This document shows positions 36,232 to 46,368 of a stretch of DNA of 64,000 nucleotides, one piece after another. The stretch spans positions 2,008 to 66,007 of the forward strand of contig CAYTHV010000002.1 of the NCBI GenBank assembly GCA_964437685.1. The letters run 5' to 3'. The stretch comes from an uncultured Pirellulales bacterium (GTDB taxonomy: Bacteria; Planctomycetota; Phycisphaerae; Sedimentisphaerales; Anaerohalosphaeraceae). Each line of letters starts with the position of its first letter. Position 1 is the first letter of the stretch. Below the pieces are notes generated by a model. It saw nothing but the letters and a program-made list of their open reading frames with translations. It made no database searches and was not told the DNA's origin. Both the position numbers and the translations under genes were made by a program.

Positions 36232-38722
36232 TACAAAGGATTCAGCTAAAAAGCAAGACGTTCATACGATTGTTATCAATGAAAGGGTCTTTTCAGCCGA
36301 TGAAGGTTTAATGCTCGGTAATGGCGACCTTTCTGTGAGCATTTATCAGAAGCAGTCTGAGATCATATGGCGGTTTGGGAAAGGTGATGTGTGGGATCGG
36401 CGTCATCGGACAGACCTCAATGCTCGCCCGACGACCATGGATGAACTTCGAAATGGTCTGGCAAAGGAAGGATGGGTCTGTCCTGCCTATGGCGGCGATG
36501 TACAAGCCTTGAACGGAACCCGTAATCCGAAGCGGACACTTGAGATTCTGTCGCATCCGGAAAGTGAAAAGTTTCCCTATCCGGTTGCCAAGCCTGTAGG
36601 CGAACTGACGCTGCACTGGCCGCAAGATCTTCAGAACTTGAAAATTACACAAAAATTGACTATTGAAGATGGAATTGTAAATATTGTTCTTGAATGGTCT
36701 GATGGCGAAAAACTTGAGATAGAATGTTTTGTTCATCCGACACTTAATGTGCTGGTTGTGAATTGGAATTTGTCGGGATTTCACCCCGGCTCACCCCAGC
36801 CCTTTTTCAAAACCACGCCGCTGTGGCTTTCGCTCTATCGCTGGCCGGATCCGACTGTGCGTGAATTTGGTTTGCGGTGGATGAATGAATATATGTGTCC
36901 GATGTTTAAGGGGTGGTTTGATACCAAGTCTGTTCCGCTGCCGCCGCCGGGTGTCGTGAATCAGGGAGATTTCCCTGTCATTGAGCAGCAATTTTATTCC
37001 GACCCGCTTTTCCCTCAGGGATTTAAGTACTGGTTCGGCTGTATTACGGATCAACCCAACGTTGAGCCGGTTGACACAGGTGAGCTTAGAGAAGCAAGGC
37101 TTTTTATTTCACCCGTAAGAGCGCAAACAATTGACGATGTGAGCGAATTTATGACCGTTGATCAGCAGCTCAGGGATGGGACGCTTGATTATCCAAAGCC
37201 GCGGGACTATCGCGGCTGGGTGGCGATACCGGTAACGACCAGCAGTGATGAAGGCGGGCCTGAACAGCAGTTTGCAAAAATAAAGAGCATGCTGACAGGT
37301 GGAGAAGTGTTGCGGATATGGAGACAGGAATGTATTGACGAAAGCAGAAAATTCTGGTCGGCTTCAAAGGTGCATATTGATGAACTGGCGTTAGAGGAAT
37401 TGTGGTATGCCCATCTTCATGTAAGCCGATGTATCTATCGCAAAGGAACGATACCGCCGGGATTGTTTATGCCCAGCACCATCCATGATTATTCACTCTG
37501 GCATGGCGATTATCATACGAATTATAATATCCAGCAGTGTTTTTGGGGATTTTTGACGGCCAATCATCCAGAGCTGGATGAGGCCTATTTTAAGATTATG
37601 GAATTCCATGATCAAATAGGTCAGAAGATTGCACAGGAGTATTGCGGTACCCGCGGCACATTTATACAGATCAGCGGTTATCCCATATTAGCCAAGGATG
37701 ATCCGATTGGAACAAGCTGCATGGGGCGAATGCCTTATATGACAGGCTGGGCTCCTGAGATTCTCTGGTTTTATTATCTGTATACCAAGGATATCAGCTT
37801 TTTGCGCGAAAGAGCTTATCCATTTATCAGAGATTGTGCGCTGTTCTATACGGACTTTTTGTCGCGCGGTGAAGATGGGCTTTATCACGCTTTTCCTTCG
37901 TGCTGGGGTGAAGAAGGATATGATGGCACGATGGAAAAGAACATCGATGCCCTCCAGACGATGGAATATGCCAGCTCTGCAATGAAGATGGCAATCGAGG
38001 CAGCCCAAATATTAAATGTTGATCCGGATTTACAGCAGGCATGGCAGGACAGGATTGATCATCTTGCTCCGGGCAGAGGAGAAAGTGAATGGCGTTCTTT
38101 GCCGGAAGCGAAAGAACAAGCTCATCAAGACTATAATTTTCCTGCCTTTCGTCCCGGCGAGAACTACCGATTTCCGAATAAGTGGAGTCTTGCTCAGCGG
38201 TGGTGGGGCTGGATGGATAAATTAACGATTTCATGGATACGTGATGTTCGCGGCGGACAGTTTGTACCCGATCGAGATTTAGGGGAATTAGTAAAAGTTT
38301 TGCGCCGCTGGCGTCACCCAAATGGGCTGATGTGGCCGATGCCGATTCGTTACTATGGCCGTGCAGGCGGCTGGACAGAAGTTCTGGGTATTATTGAACC
38401 TTTGCAGGAAATGTTGCTGCAAAGCTGGGATAAAGTAATACGTATTTTCCCGGCATGGCCGAAAGGTATTAAAGCAGATTTTGAACAACTTAGGGCAGAA
38501 GGCGCCTTTCTTATATCCGCGCAATTTGATGGCGTTAAAGTGGTTGAAGTAACAATCAAGAGTCTTGCCGGCGGAACATGCAAGGTGGCAAATCCATGGC
38601 CGACTCAGAATGTCGCGGTAATGAAAAAGGATATCCAAAAAATCATTGCTGAGTCAGATAAAGACATTTTGGCATTCGAGACACAACCTGGAGACGAATA
38701 TCACTTGGTATGCCGTAGTTAA
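36218..38722 (+). CDS. GH95-like (alpha-L-fucosidase-like) glycoside hydrolase, no signal peptide
   Basis: LGNGD, WHGDYHTNYNIQ, YPFIRDCALFY, EMLLQSW...IFPAWP, LRAEGAFLISA. Confidence 0.75.
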   Translation: MLKTNTKDSAKKQDVHTIVINERVFSADEGLMLGNGDLSVSIYQKQSEIIWRFGKGDVWDRRHRTDLNARPTTMDELRNGLAKEGWVCPAYGGDVQALNGTRNPKRTLEILSHPESEKFPYPVAKPVGELTLHWPQDLQNLKITQKLTIEDGIVNIVLEWSDGEKLEIECFVHPTLNVLVVNWNLSGFHPGSPQPFFKTTPLWLSLYRWPDPTVREFGLRWMNEYMCPMFKGWFDTKSVPLPPPGVVNQGDFPVIEQQFYSDPLFPQGFKYWFGCITDQPNVEPVDTGELREARLFISPVRAQTIDDVSEFMTVDQQLRDGTLDYPKPRDYRGWVAIPVTTSSDEGGPEQQFAKIKSMLTGGEVLRIWRQECIDESRKFWSASKVHIDELALEELWYAHLHVSRCIYRKGTIPPGLFMPSTIHDYSLWHGDYHTNYNIQQCFWGFLTANHPELDEAYFKIMEFHDQIGQKIAQEYCGTRGTFIQISGYPILAKDDPIGTSCMGRMPYMTGWAPEILWFYYLYTKDISFLRERAYPFIRDCALFYTDFLSRGEDGLYHAFPSCWGEEGYDGTMEKNIDALQTMEYASSAMKMAIEAAQILNVDPDLQQAWQDRIDHLAPGRGESEWRSLPEAKEQAHQDYNFPAFRPGENYRFPNKWSLAQRWWGWMDKLTISWIRDVRGGQFVPDRDLGELVKVLRRWRHPNGLMWPMPIRYYGRAGGWTEVLGIIEPLQEMLLQSWDKVIRIFPAWPKGIKADFEQLRAEGAFLISAQFDGVKVVEVTIKSLAGGTCKVANPWPTQNVAVMKKDIQKIIAESDKDILAFETQPGDEYHLVCRS

Positions 38723-38742
38723 CAACTGGAGAGTATATTATA

Positions 38743-40848
38743 ATGCGCAAACATGAATGCAGGCTTGTCCCTCGGCTTTTACTGCCGCGATGGACTCGCA
38801 AGAATCATGCAGAAAATATGCTACGGTTTTGTCGTGAAATTGGCGCCGACGAGATGATGGTGTTTCCGGTCAGCCAGTTTATCGCAGCAAATCCGCCTTT
38901 TACGGATAAGACACTGCATAAGGAAGCTCAAAAGACCGCGAAACTCCGAATGCTTGCTGCCCGGCAGGGTATCAATGTTTTCATTAACCACTTCTTTTTT
39001 ATGGGAGAAGACCTTGCGCAGGATAATCCGCGGAAACGACAATTTCCCTGGGCGGTCGATATTACAGGTCAGGAGGCCAAAGGGTATCGCTGCATTCTGG
39101 CCCAGGAAACAAAAGATGCGGCGGCCAAAGAGCTTGTCGCACTGGCAAGCAGTGGAGTCGATAAGATATTTCAGGATGACGAAGTCCATTATGACTGGAA
39201 GCCGGTAGCGACGTGTAATGAGGCATTGCATTTTTGTTTTTGCGACGACCATATACGGGCATTTTCTCAGCGTATAGGCAAGAAAATCGGACGTGAAGAA
39301 CTGGTCAGGCGATTGCAGTCTGACCGACCTGCTGATGTGGCCATTCGAAGTGAATGGCTTGCATTTAAACGGGATACGTTTCTTGATTTTGTGAATTACT
39401 GCCGCCGCAAAGTACATCAAAAGTACCCCCACGTTCGATTAGGACAGATGACCACATTTACCCACTTGACGGCGTGGGATGGCATTACGTTTGCTGAGCA
39501 TCTCAAAGCCTGGGCGGGTGATTTGCGGCCGCTTTGTCGTCCTGCTCAGGGATGGTATGGCGACCATATTCGTACCGGTTTGCCGATGGCGATAGCGCAA
39601 ACCATGTGGACGATGCATTGTCTGCCGGAAAATACCGAAGTTTATAGTGAAGTGGACTGGGGTGCGCCGTGGACACAGTTTGATAGCTCGGCAAGGATGT
39701 CGGCTGACCTGCAAATCAAAGTCAATCTGCTGCTGAATATCAAAACACATAGCCTTTTATATCTTGGCGAGGGACCTGAAGATAAATTTATTCAGGCAAG
39801 GCTTATTCGGCAAATCAAAAAGAGTCGTGCCGTATTTGATGGATTGGCTAAACATTTGCCCGAAAAAGCAAGACGTACGGGTGTTCAGTTTTATATGGCT
39901 GAAAAAATGGGGTTGGCATATCCGCTCAAGCGGCGCGGCAGAGAGGGCGATCTCGCCGATCCTTATGCTCTGACCGGCGAAGGGTGGGGATTACCGCCGT
40001 GGATGAAGGCGTTTCGCTGTCTTGCTCGAAGCGGTGTGGCAATGACCTTTGACGAAAGTCCCGTGGCGGTGCTGACCGGCGGCATGGCGTCATTATTCAA
40101 AGATAAGATTAAAACGATTCTTGAAACAAAAAATTTAATTATCGATGCGGGAGCAGTGCAGGATTTAAAGGCTATGGGACTCTTGAAACAGTTCGGTCTT
40201 GAGCCCGCCAAAGAATATAAATTAACCCGTAATGAACGGCTGACTCATGATGCTTTCAACGGTGTAGCGAAAGATGAAATGGTCCCGACAGGCAGAGTCA
40301 TCCCGCCGGAAAGAGTAGTGCCCTTAAAAACGATAAAGCAAAAAACTGTCACCCATCGTGTTCTCAGTGAAATCATCGATTGTAATTTGCAGGTGCATGG
40401 AGCAGGCATTGTCTTGTGTGAACGGGTGGATACGGGAACTCGATTATGTGCCTTGTCTTATCACCTCAGTGATGAAAATGCCTGGGGTTTTGGTATTCGC
40501 AAACAGCAGTGGAGACATATTCTGGATTGGCTGGGTGGAAGAAAGTTCAAGCAGTCGGTGTGGATTGATGATGCCTGTGATGTCTGGCCGATTAGCTACA
40601 AACTCGACGGCGATAATCGAACATGGGTGGGGCTTATCAATTTTGGACATGATGAGGTTAATGATGCAACATGTTGGATTTCACAATCGGGCAAGGTGCG
40701 GGTTCATTTCATAAATACTAAAGGGCAGATGCAAAAAATTTCGAAAAAGTATATCAGGAATACAAATGGCAAAATAGGTATAACTTTGTCGGGTGAACAT
40801 GCAGTAAAAGCGTTGGATGTCCAAATGTTTATTATTGAGCCAATTTAA
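38743..40848 (+). CDS. Hypothetical protein, GH42-like TIM barrel plausible
   Basis: IFQDDEVH followed by CFCDDH; coupled within the operon; no firm family. Confidence 0.55.
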   Translation: MRKHECRLVPRLLLPRWTRKNHAENMLRFCREIGADEMMVFPVSQFIAANPPFTDKTLHKEAQKTAKLRMLAARQGINVFINHFFFMGEDLAQDNPRKRQFPWAVDITGQEAKGYRCILAQETKDAAAKELVALASSGVDKIFQDDEVHYDWKPVATCNEALHFCFCDDHIRAFSQRIGKKIGREELVRRLQSDRPADVAIRSEWLAFKRDTFLDFVNYCRRKVHQKYPHVRLGQMTTFTHLTAWDGITFAEHLKAWAGDLRPLCRPAQGWYGDHIRTGLPMAIAQTMWTMHCLPENTEVYSEVDWGAPWTQFDSSARMSADLQIKVNLLLNIKTHSLLYLGEGPEDKFIQARLIRQIKKSRAVFDGLAKHLPEKARRTGVQFYMAEKMGLAYPLKRRGREGDLADPYALTGEGWGLPPWMKAFRCLARSGVAMTFDESPVAVLTGGMASLFKDKIKTILETKNLIIDAGAVQDLKAMGLLKQFGLEPAKEYKLTRNERLTHDAFNGVAKDEMVPTGRVIPPERVVPLKTIKQKTVTHRVLSEIIDCNLQVHGAGIVLCERVDTGTRLCALSYHLSDENAWGFGIRKQQWRHILDWLGGRKFKQSVWIDDACDVWPISYKLDGDNRTWVGLINFGHDEVNDATCWISQSGKVRVHFINTKGQMQKISKKYIRNTNGKIGITLSGEHAVKALDVQMFIIEPI

Positions 40849-40870
40849 AAAAACTGGAGCAGAAAATATT

Positions 40871-42838
40871 ATGAATATGAGTATTTTGGATTGGGGTATC
40901 GTATTCGGATTCCTTGGTTTTGTGATCATTATGGGCTATCGAACCAGGAAATATTCGGGTAGCGTGGCAAATTTTTTAGCGGCGGGGCGTTGTGCTGGCA
41001 GATATCTGATTGCGGTCGCGGGCGGTGTTGCCGGCTGGGGTGCTATTAGCGCCGTGGCAGGTTTTGAATTGTATTATGTTGGAGGATTTTCCATTCAGTG
41101 GTGGTTTCTCTTGCTGATGGTAGCGAATTTGGTGGCGAGTATCTCCGGCTGGATTATTTATCGTTTCCGACAAACGCGGGCGTTGACTGTTGCGCAATTT
41201 CTGGAGCAGCGCTATAGCCGAAGATTTCGAATTTTTGCGGGGATTCTCTGTTGGTTTTCGGGCATTATGAATTTCGGGCTATTTCCTGCGGTCGGTGCAC
41301 GTTTTTTTGTATATTTTTGTGGTTTTCCTGAGACGCTCTCAATTGGCGGTTTTCAAATTGCAACCTACTCGCTGATCATGTTTGTGCTGTTGGCATTAGT
41401 GCTTTACCTGCTTTTTACTGGTGGCCAGATTGCGGTTATTGTGACAGATTTTTTTCAGGGGCTTTTCTGTAATATCATCTTTGTGATTTTGATGATAGCC
41501 ATGGCGGGGCTTTTTACATGGGCCCAGCTTACGGATGCCTTAAATATGGCGCCTGCCGGCCAATCCATGCTTCATCCTTTTGAGGCGGCGAAAACACCGG
41601 ATTTTAATATGTGGTTTTATCTTATCGGCTTTTTCTCGCTTTTTTATACATGGGTCGTTGGCGGGGGAACACAGGGATTTGAGGTTGCGGCCATTAATCC
41701 GCATGAAGCTCGAATGGGAAAGATTTTGAATAATTGGAGGGCTATTGCCCAGCAGCTTATACTTATTATTCTCCCTCTCTGTGCTTTTACGGTTCTTCAT
41801 CATCCGAGTTTCGCAACGCTTGCGCAGAAGGCGCAAACACTTATCTCTGCTGTTCATGGTGTAGGGGCAACCGAAACGGCAACACTTCAAAAACAAATGA
41901 CTGTTCCGATCACGATGAGTGTGTTTTTGGCAAAGGGCTTACTGGGTGCTGTTTGTTCGATTATTCTTGCGGCGTTTATAGCAAACCATCAAAGTTATAT
42001 GCATTCATGGGGAATTATTTTTATACAGGATGTGGTATTGCCGCTTCGTAAAAAACCGCTTACGCCTAAACAGCATATCAATCTCCTTCGATGGTCGATT
42101 TTGGGCGTTGCAGTGTTTATATTTCTGTTTGGCTTGATTTATCGCCAAAATGAATACCTTCTGATGTTTATGGTGTTTACCGGGACCATCTATATGGGAG
42201 GGGCGGGTGCGGCGGTTATTGGTGGGCTGTACTGGAAACGCGGGACAACTGCGGGTGCTTGGAGTGCATTGATTTTGGGCGTTGTCCTTGCTTTTGCCGG
42301 GCAAATTATCCGCCGTATCTGGCCTGAATTTCCTCTTAATAGTAACTGGATTTTTGCAATTGCCATGGTCAGTTGCAGTTTGCTGTATATCATTGTATCG
42401 CTTTTGGGCAGACAGCAGATTGATATGGATCGGTTACTCCATCGGGGTAAATATGCGATTTCCGATGATGCCGTCGCCAGGGATGAAACGCCGGTGCGCG
42501 GATTCAAGGCACTGATTGCAATGGGACCGGAGTTTACGCTGTGGGACAAAGTAGTCTATTTGTCAAGCATCGGCTGGACACTGCTTTTGTGCGTAGTCTT
42601 CATTGTCGGAACATTCTGTAATCTGCTCTTAGATGTGAAATTGGAGACGTGGACGCAGTTCTGGTGGGTCTATGTGGTGATCATGTTTGTGCTGAGTGTG
42701 ATTACGACGGTGTGGTTTATTATAGGCGGCATACGTGATTATCGAAAGATGTTCTATCTTTTAAGAACCCGCAAAGTTGATGATACGGATAATGGCAGGG
42801 TTTCCCAGCATTTGGCAGAGATGGCTGTGGAAGAGTAA
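40871..42838 (+). CDS. Sodium:solute symporter family transporter
   Basis: About 14 hydrophobic segments; FLAAGR, TVAQFLEQRYS, GGQIAVIVTDFFQ, GLYWKRGT. Confidence 0.92.
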   Translation: MNMSILDWGIVFGFLGFVIIMGYRTRKYSGSVANFLAAGRCAGRYLIAVAGGVAGWGAISAVAGFELYYVGGFSIQWWFLLLMVANLVASISGWIIYRFRQTRALTVAQFLEQRYSRRFRIFAGILCWFSGIMNFGLFPAVGARFFVYFCGFPETLSIGGFQIATYSLIMFVLLALVLYLLFTGGQIAVIVTDFFQGLFCNIIFVILMIAMAGLFTWAQLTDALNMAPAGQSMLHPFEAAKTPDFNMWFYLIGFFSLFYTWVVGGGTQGFEVAAINPHEARMGKILNNWRAIAQQLILIILPLCAFTVLHHPSFATLAQKAQTLISAVHGVGATETATLQKQMTVPITMSVFLAKGLLGAVCSIILAAFIANHQSYMHSWGIIFIQDVVLPLRKKPLTPKQHINLLRWSILGVAVFIFLFGLIYRQNEYLLMFMVFTGTIYMGGAGAAVIGGLYWKRGTTAGAWSALILGVVLAFAGQIIRRIWPEFPLNSNWIFAIAMVSCSLLYIIVSLLGRQQIDMDRLLHRGKYAISDDAVARDETPVRGFKALIAMGPEFTLWDKVVYLSSIGWTLLLCVVFIVGTFCNLLLDVKLETWTQFWWVYVVIMFVLSVITTVWFIIGGIRDYRKMFYLLRTRKVDDTDNGRVSQHLAEMAVEE

Positions 42839-42879
42839 AAAAAGATTATTTATTTGGCAACTGATGGGATAAAGAATTA

Positions 42880-43911
42880 ATGAATTCAAGAGAATTAGTG
42901 AAAAAGACTGTGGAGTTTAGCAACCCGCCGCGGATACCTCGACATTTGTGGACACTTCCCTGGGCTAAGGATTATTTTGGGAAAGAGCTTGCGGCGATGC
43001 AGCGAGAATTTCCTGATGATATCTGCATGTCGCCGGCTTTTTTGAAAGAAACTCTGGTAACGACAGGGGATCCCTATGTCGAGGGAAGCTATACGGATGA
43101 ATGGGGCTGTGTTTTTGAAAATAAACACAAAGGGATTATCGGCGAGGTAAAGACACCTCTGGTTATCTCATGGTCTGACTTGGACAAGGTGAAAGCTCCC
43201 CAGAGTTTACTGAGTGTGGATACGGCTCAGGTTAACGCCTTTTGTAAATCAACGGATTTGTTTGTATTGGCGGGTTGCGGCCTGCGGCTTTTTGAGCGAT
43301 TGCAGTTTATCCGTGGAACTGAAAATATCTTTATGGATATTGCAGAAGAGTCAAAGGATTTTTATGCACTCATCAATCGCGTACATCAGTTTAATATCCA
43401 GCAGGTGGAATTGTGGGCCAAAACCGATGTGGATGCGGTGATGGTCAGTGATGACTGGGGTGCGCAACGGTCGCTTCTGATTTCTCCGTCTGCATGGCGA
43501 TCACTTTTTAAGCCGCTTTATAAAGATTATATTGATATTGCGCATCGCCATGGGAAATATATGTTTATGCATTCAGATGGCTATATCAAGGATATCCTTC
43601 CGGATTTGATTGAATTGGGTCTTGATGCGATTAATTGTCAGATATTCTGCATGGATGTGGCGGATATTGGCAAAAAATTCAAAGGCAAGATAACTTTTTG
43701 GGGTGAAATTGATCGCCAGCATATTCTTCCCAATGCAAATATTGATGAAGTGGCACAGGCGGTAGATCTGGTCCAATCGTCCCTGTATCATCATGGCGGC
43801 GTAATTGCCCAATGTGAATTTGGTCCCGGAGCCAGGCCGGAAAATGTTTATATGGTATTTAAGGCTTGGGACGAAGCCCTGAACGAAGCATGTTTGAAAG
43901 TCCAATGCTAA
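42880..43911 (+). CDS. URO-D / MtaA-CmuA fold protein
   Basis: DEWGC, LQFIRG, DDWGAQ, MHSDG, FWGEIDRQ, QCEFG. Confidence 0.88.
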   Translation: MNSRELVKKTVEFSNPPRIPRHLWTLPWAKDYFGKELAAMQREFPDDICMSPAFLKETLVTTGDPYVEGSYTDEWGCVFENKHKGIIGEVKTPLVISWSDLDKVKAPQSLLSVDTAQVNAFCKSTDLFVLAGCGLRLFERLQFIRGTENIFMDIAEESKDFYALINRVHQFNIQQVELWAKTDVDAVMVSDDWGAQRSLLISPSAWRSLFKPLYKDYIDIAHRHGKYMFMHSDGYIKDILPDLIELGLDAINCQIFCMDVADIGKKFKGKITFWGEIDRQHILPNANIDEVAQAVDLVQSSLYHHGGVIAQCEFGPGARPENVYMVFKAWDEALNEACLKVQC

Positions 43912-43924
43912 AGGAAATCCGTTG

Positions 43925-45046
43925 ATGAACTCAAAAGAGAGGATGCTTATATCGCTGCATAAGGGTAAGCCTGACAGATTGCCGGTAACGGTACATCAAT
44001 GGCAGCAGTATCATCTCGATACCTATATGAATGGCATGGATGCTTTGTCCGCATTTAAGGTCACTGGCATGGATGCGGCGATCCAGTACTTTGAAGCAAT
44101 GGGACAGTTTTGGATACCCGATGCGGAAAAGTATATTGTGCAGACGGATCAATGGCAGGAAGATATCAAGATTGTCAGTTCCGATCCGGCCAGGAAAATA
44201 TTGCATCACACGATTACTACGCCGGAAGGGGAGTTGACCTATAAGACCGGCAGTAATTCCGTGACTACATGGATATTGGAGTATATGGTCAAAAAGCATG
44301 AGGATATTGACCTGATAAAAAAATATATGCCGGTTGCGAAATTAAATAAGGAAAATATTGCCAAAGCATATGATCAAGTAGGTGATGCCGGTATTTTACG
44401 TGGTTTTGTCTGGGGGGATCAGGCTGGATGCTGGCAGCATGCCTGTTGTTTAATGGATGTCAATGATCTGATTATGGAAGCGATGGACAATCCGGATTGG
44501 GTCCATGATTTTATGGGCATATTGCTGGATAAAAAGATACGTTTTGTCGAAGAATCTCTGAAAGGTGCGAAATTTGATCTTGTTGAAACCGGGGGTGGTG
44601 CCGGCAGCGACACCCTGATTTCTCCGGAAATGCACCGAAAATTTTGTTTACCTTACGACCGCCAGATTCACCGTAAACTCCATGAATTCGGGCATATCAG
44701 TACTTACCATACCTGCGGCGGTATGATGCATATTCTTAACCTCATTATTGAAAATGGAACAGATGCCTCTGAAACATTGTCGCCGCCGGGAACAGGTGGA
44801 AACATAACTGATCCGGCCGTAGTAAGAGAAGCATACAAAGATAGGGTAGCGATGATTGGCGGGATGGATCAGTTTAATATCCTGACGACCGGAACACCCC
44901 AACAGATTAAGGCCGAAGTCCGGCGTTTATTCGAAGGCTTCGGCAAAAACGGAGGGTATATTCTCTCTGCTTCGGACCATTTTTTTGAAGTGCCACCAGA
45001 GAATTTAAAAATTTATGCGGCGGCGGCTAAAGAATGCGTGTATTAA
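43925..45046 (+). CDS. URO-D / MtaA-CmuA fold protein
   Basis: MNSKERM...DRLP, YHTCGG, IGGMDQ, GYILSASDH. Confidence 0.88.
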   Translation: MNSKERMLISLHKGKPDRLPVTVHQWQQYHLDTYMNGMDALSAFKVTGMDAAIQYFEAMGQFWIPDAEKYIVQTDQWQEDIKIVSSDPARKILHHTITTPEGELTYKTGSNSVTTWILEYMVKKHEDIDLIKKYMPVAKLNKENIAKAYDQVGDAGILRGFVWGDQAGCWQHACCLMDVNDLIMEAMDNPDWVHDFMGILLDKKIRFVEESLKGAKFDLVETGGGAGSDTLISPEMHRKFCLPYDRQIHRKLHEFGHISTYHTCGGMMHILNLIIENGTDASETLSPPGTGGNITDPAVVREAYKDRVAMIGGMDQFNILTTGTPQQIKAEVRRLFEGFGKNGGYILSASDHFFEVPPENLKIYAAAAKECVY

Positions 45047-45069
45047 ATAGATTATGGAACTTCTTTTCT

Positions 45070-46326
45070 ATGAAATCAGATAGCAAGAGTGATGAAGTAC
45101 AGCCCTTTGAACGCGATGTATTGCGTCGGTTAGCGGGGAGGTTGGCAGAGATTGCAGCCATGCCGATACAGACTCAGCGAATTAATCTGTGGAAAAGTTT
45201 TAATTCGCTGATGCCCAAACGTCCCATGGTGCTGGCCTATCCGGAGGGCGGCTGGCGTGAGTTATTGCCGGAATCTGTTTTGCAGTGCAGCAATCCTCTT
45301 TTGCGGGAGTGGGAACTGACCCTGCGTAAAACTATTTACCAGTTTGAGCATATTTATGATGACCAGCCTGTGACAAATTTCTTTAACATTGGTTGGGTTG
45401 TTGAAATAGGCGACTATGGTTTAAAAGAAAAAAATATCCGTACCGCGGAACTTGGCTCTTTTGGCTGGGAACCGCCTGTGAAAACAATAGAAGATGTGGA
45501 TAAGCTGCACTTTCGGATGATTCAAGTCAATAGACAAGAGACCAACCGGCGGGTGCAATTAGCGAAAGATATTTTTGGCGACATCCTCAAGGTGCGTATA
45601 TATGGCCCTTTATGGTGGTCGCTCGGTCTTACCGGAGAACTTATTAAACTTCGTGGTCTTGAACAGGTGATGCTTGATATTTATGAGAATCCGGAACTAT
45701 TGCACCGTTTAATGACGCTGCTGCGCGACGATGCATTAAATATGCTGAACATATTTGAAAAAGAAGATATATTTTCGCTAAATTCAGGCCCGGATGATTT
45801 TGTGGGTTCTGCTGGCATCGGGGCAACCGATGAATTGCCGGCTCCTGACTTTGGCGGACATGTGCGCCCCCGGGATATGTGGGTATTGGGTGAAAGTCAG
45901 GAATTTGTCGGAATTGGGCCCGACCATTTCCATGAATTTGCACTCCAGTATCAACTCCCGATTCTTAATCGTTTCGGACTGGTTTGTTATGGATGCTGTG
46001 AGCCGCTGGATCAAAAGTTCGATTTGCTGATAAAACATATCAAGCGATTACGTCGTATTTCCGTATCGCCGTGGTGCAATCGAAAGATTGCCGCCGAAAA
46101 ACTTGGCTACAAGTATATTTATTCATGGAAGCCGAATCCTGCGACGATTTGCGGTGGCACCGTGGATTATAAGCAGCTTGAACAGGATATTCGTGAAACT
46201 CTGGATATTGCCAAAGGCTGTTGTGTAGAGATTATTATGAAAGATACACATACCTTTAATGGCGATGTCCAGCGGATAACAAAGTGGAGTCAAATCGCGT
46301 CTCGATTGGCAGAAAATATAAAATAG
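45070..46326 (+). CDS. Divergent URO-D-fold protein (YGCCE type)
   Basis: LRGLEQVMLDIYENPELLHRLM, CYGCCEPLD, RISVSPW; alternative start 45034. Confidence 0.65.
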   Translation: MKSDSKSDEVQPFERDVLRRLAGRLAEIAAMPIQTQRINLWKSFNSLMPKRPMVLAYPEGGWRELLPESVLQCSNPLLREWELTLRKTIYQFEHIYDDQPVTNFFNIGWVVEIGDYGLKEKNIRTAELGSFGWEPPVKTIEDVDKLHFRMIQVNRQETNRRVQLAKDIFGDILKVRIYGPLWWSLGLTGELIKLRGLEQVMLDIYENPELLHRLMTLLRDDALNMLNIFEKEDIFSLNSGPDDFVGSAGIGATDELPAPDFGGHVRPRDMWVLGESQEFVGIGPDHFHEFALQYQLPILNRFGLVCYGCCEPLDQKFDLLIKHIKRLRRISVSPWCNRKIAAEKLGYKYIYSWKPNPATICGGTVDYKQLEQDIRETLDIAKGCCVEIIMKDTHTFNGDVQRITKWSQIASRLAENIK

Positions 46327-46368
46327 CTGAAATTTATTGAAAAGTGGTTAAGTAGAGAGAGATGTAAA

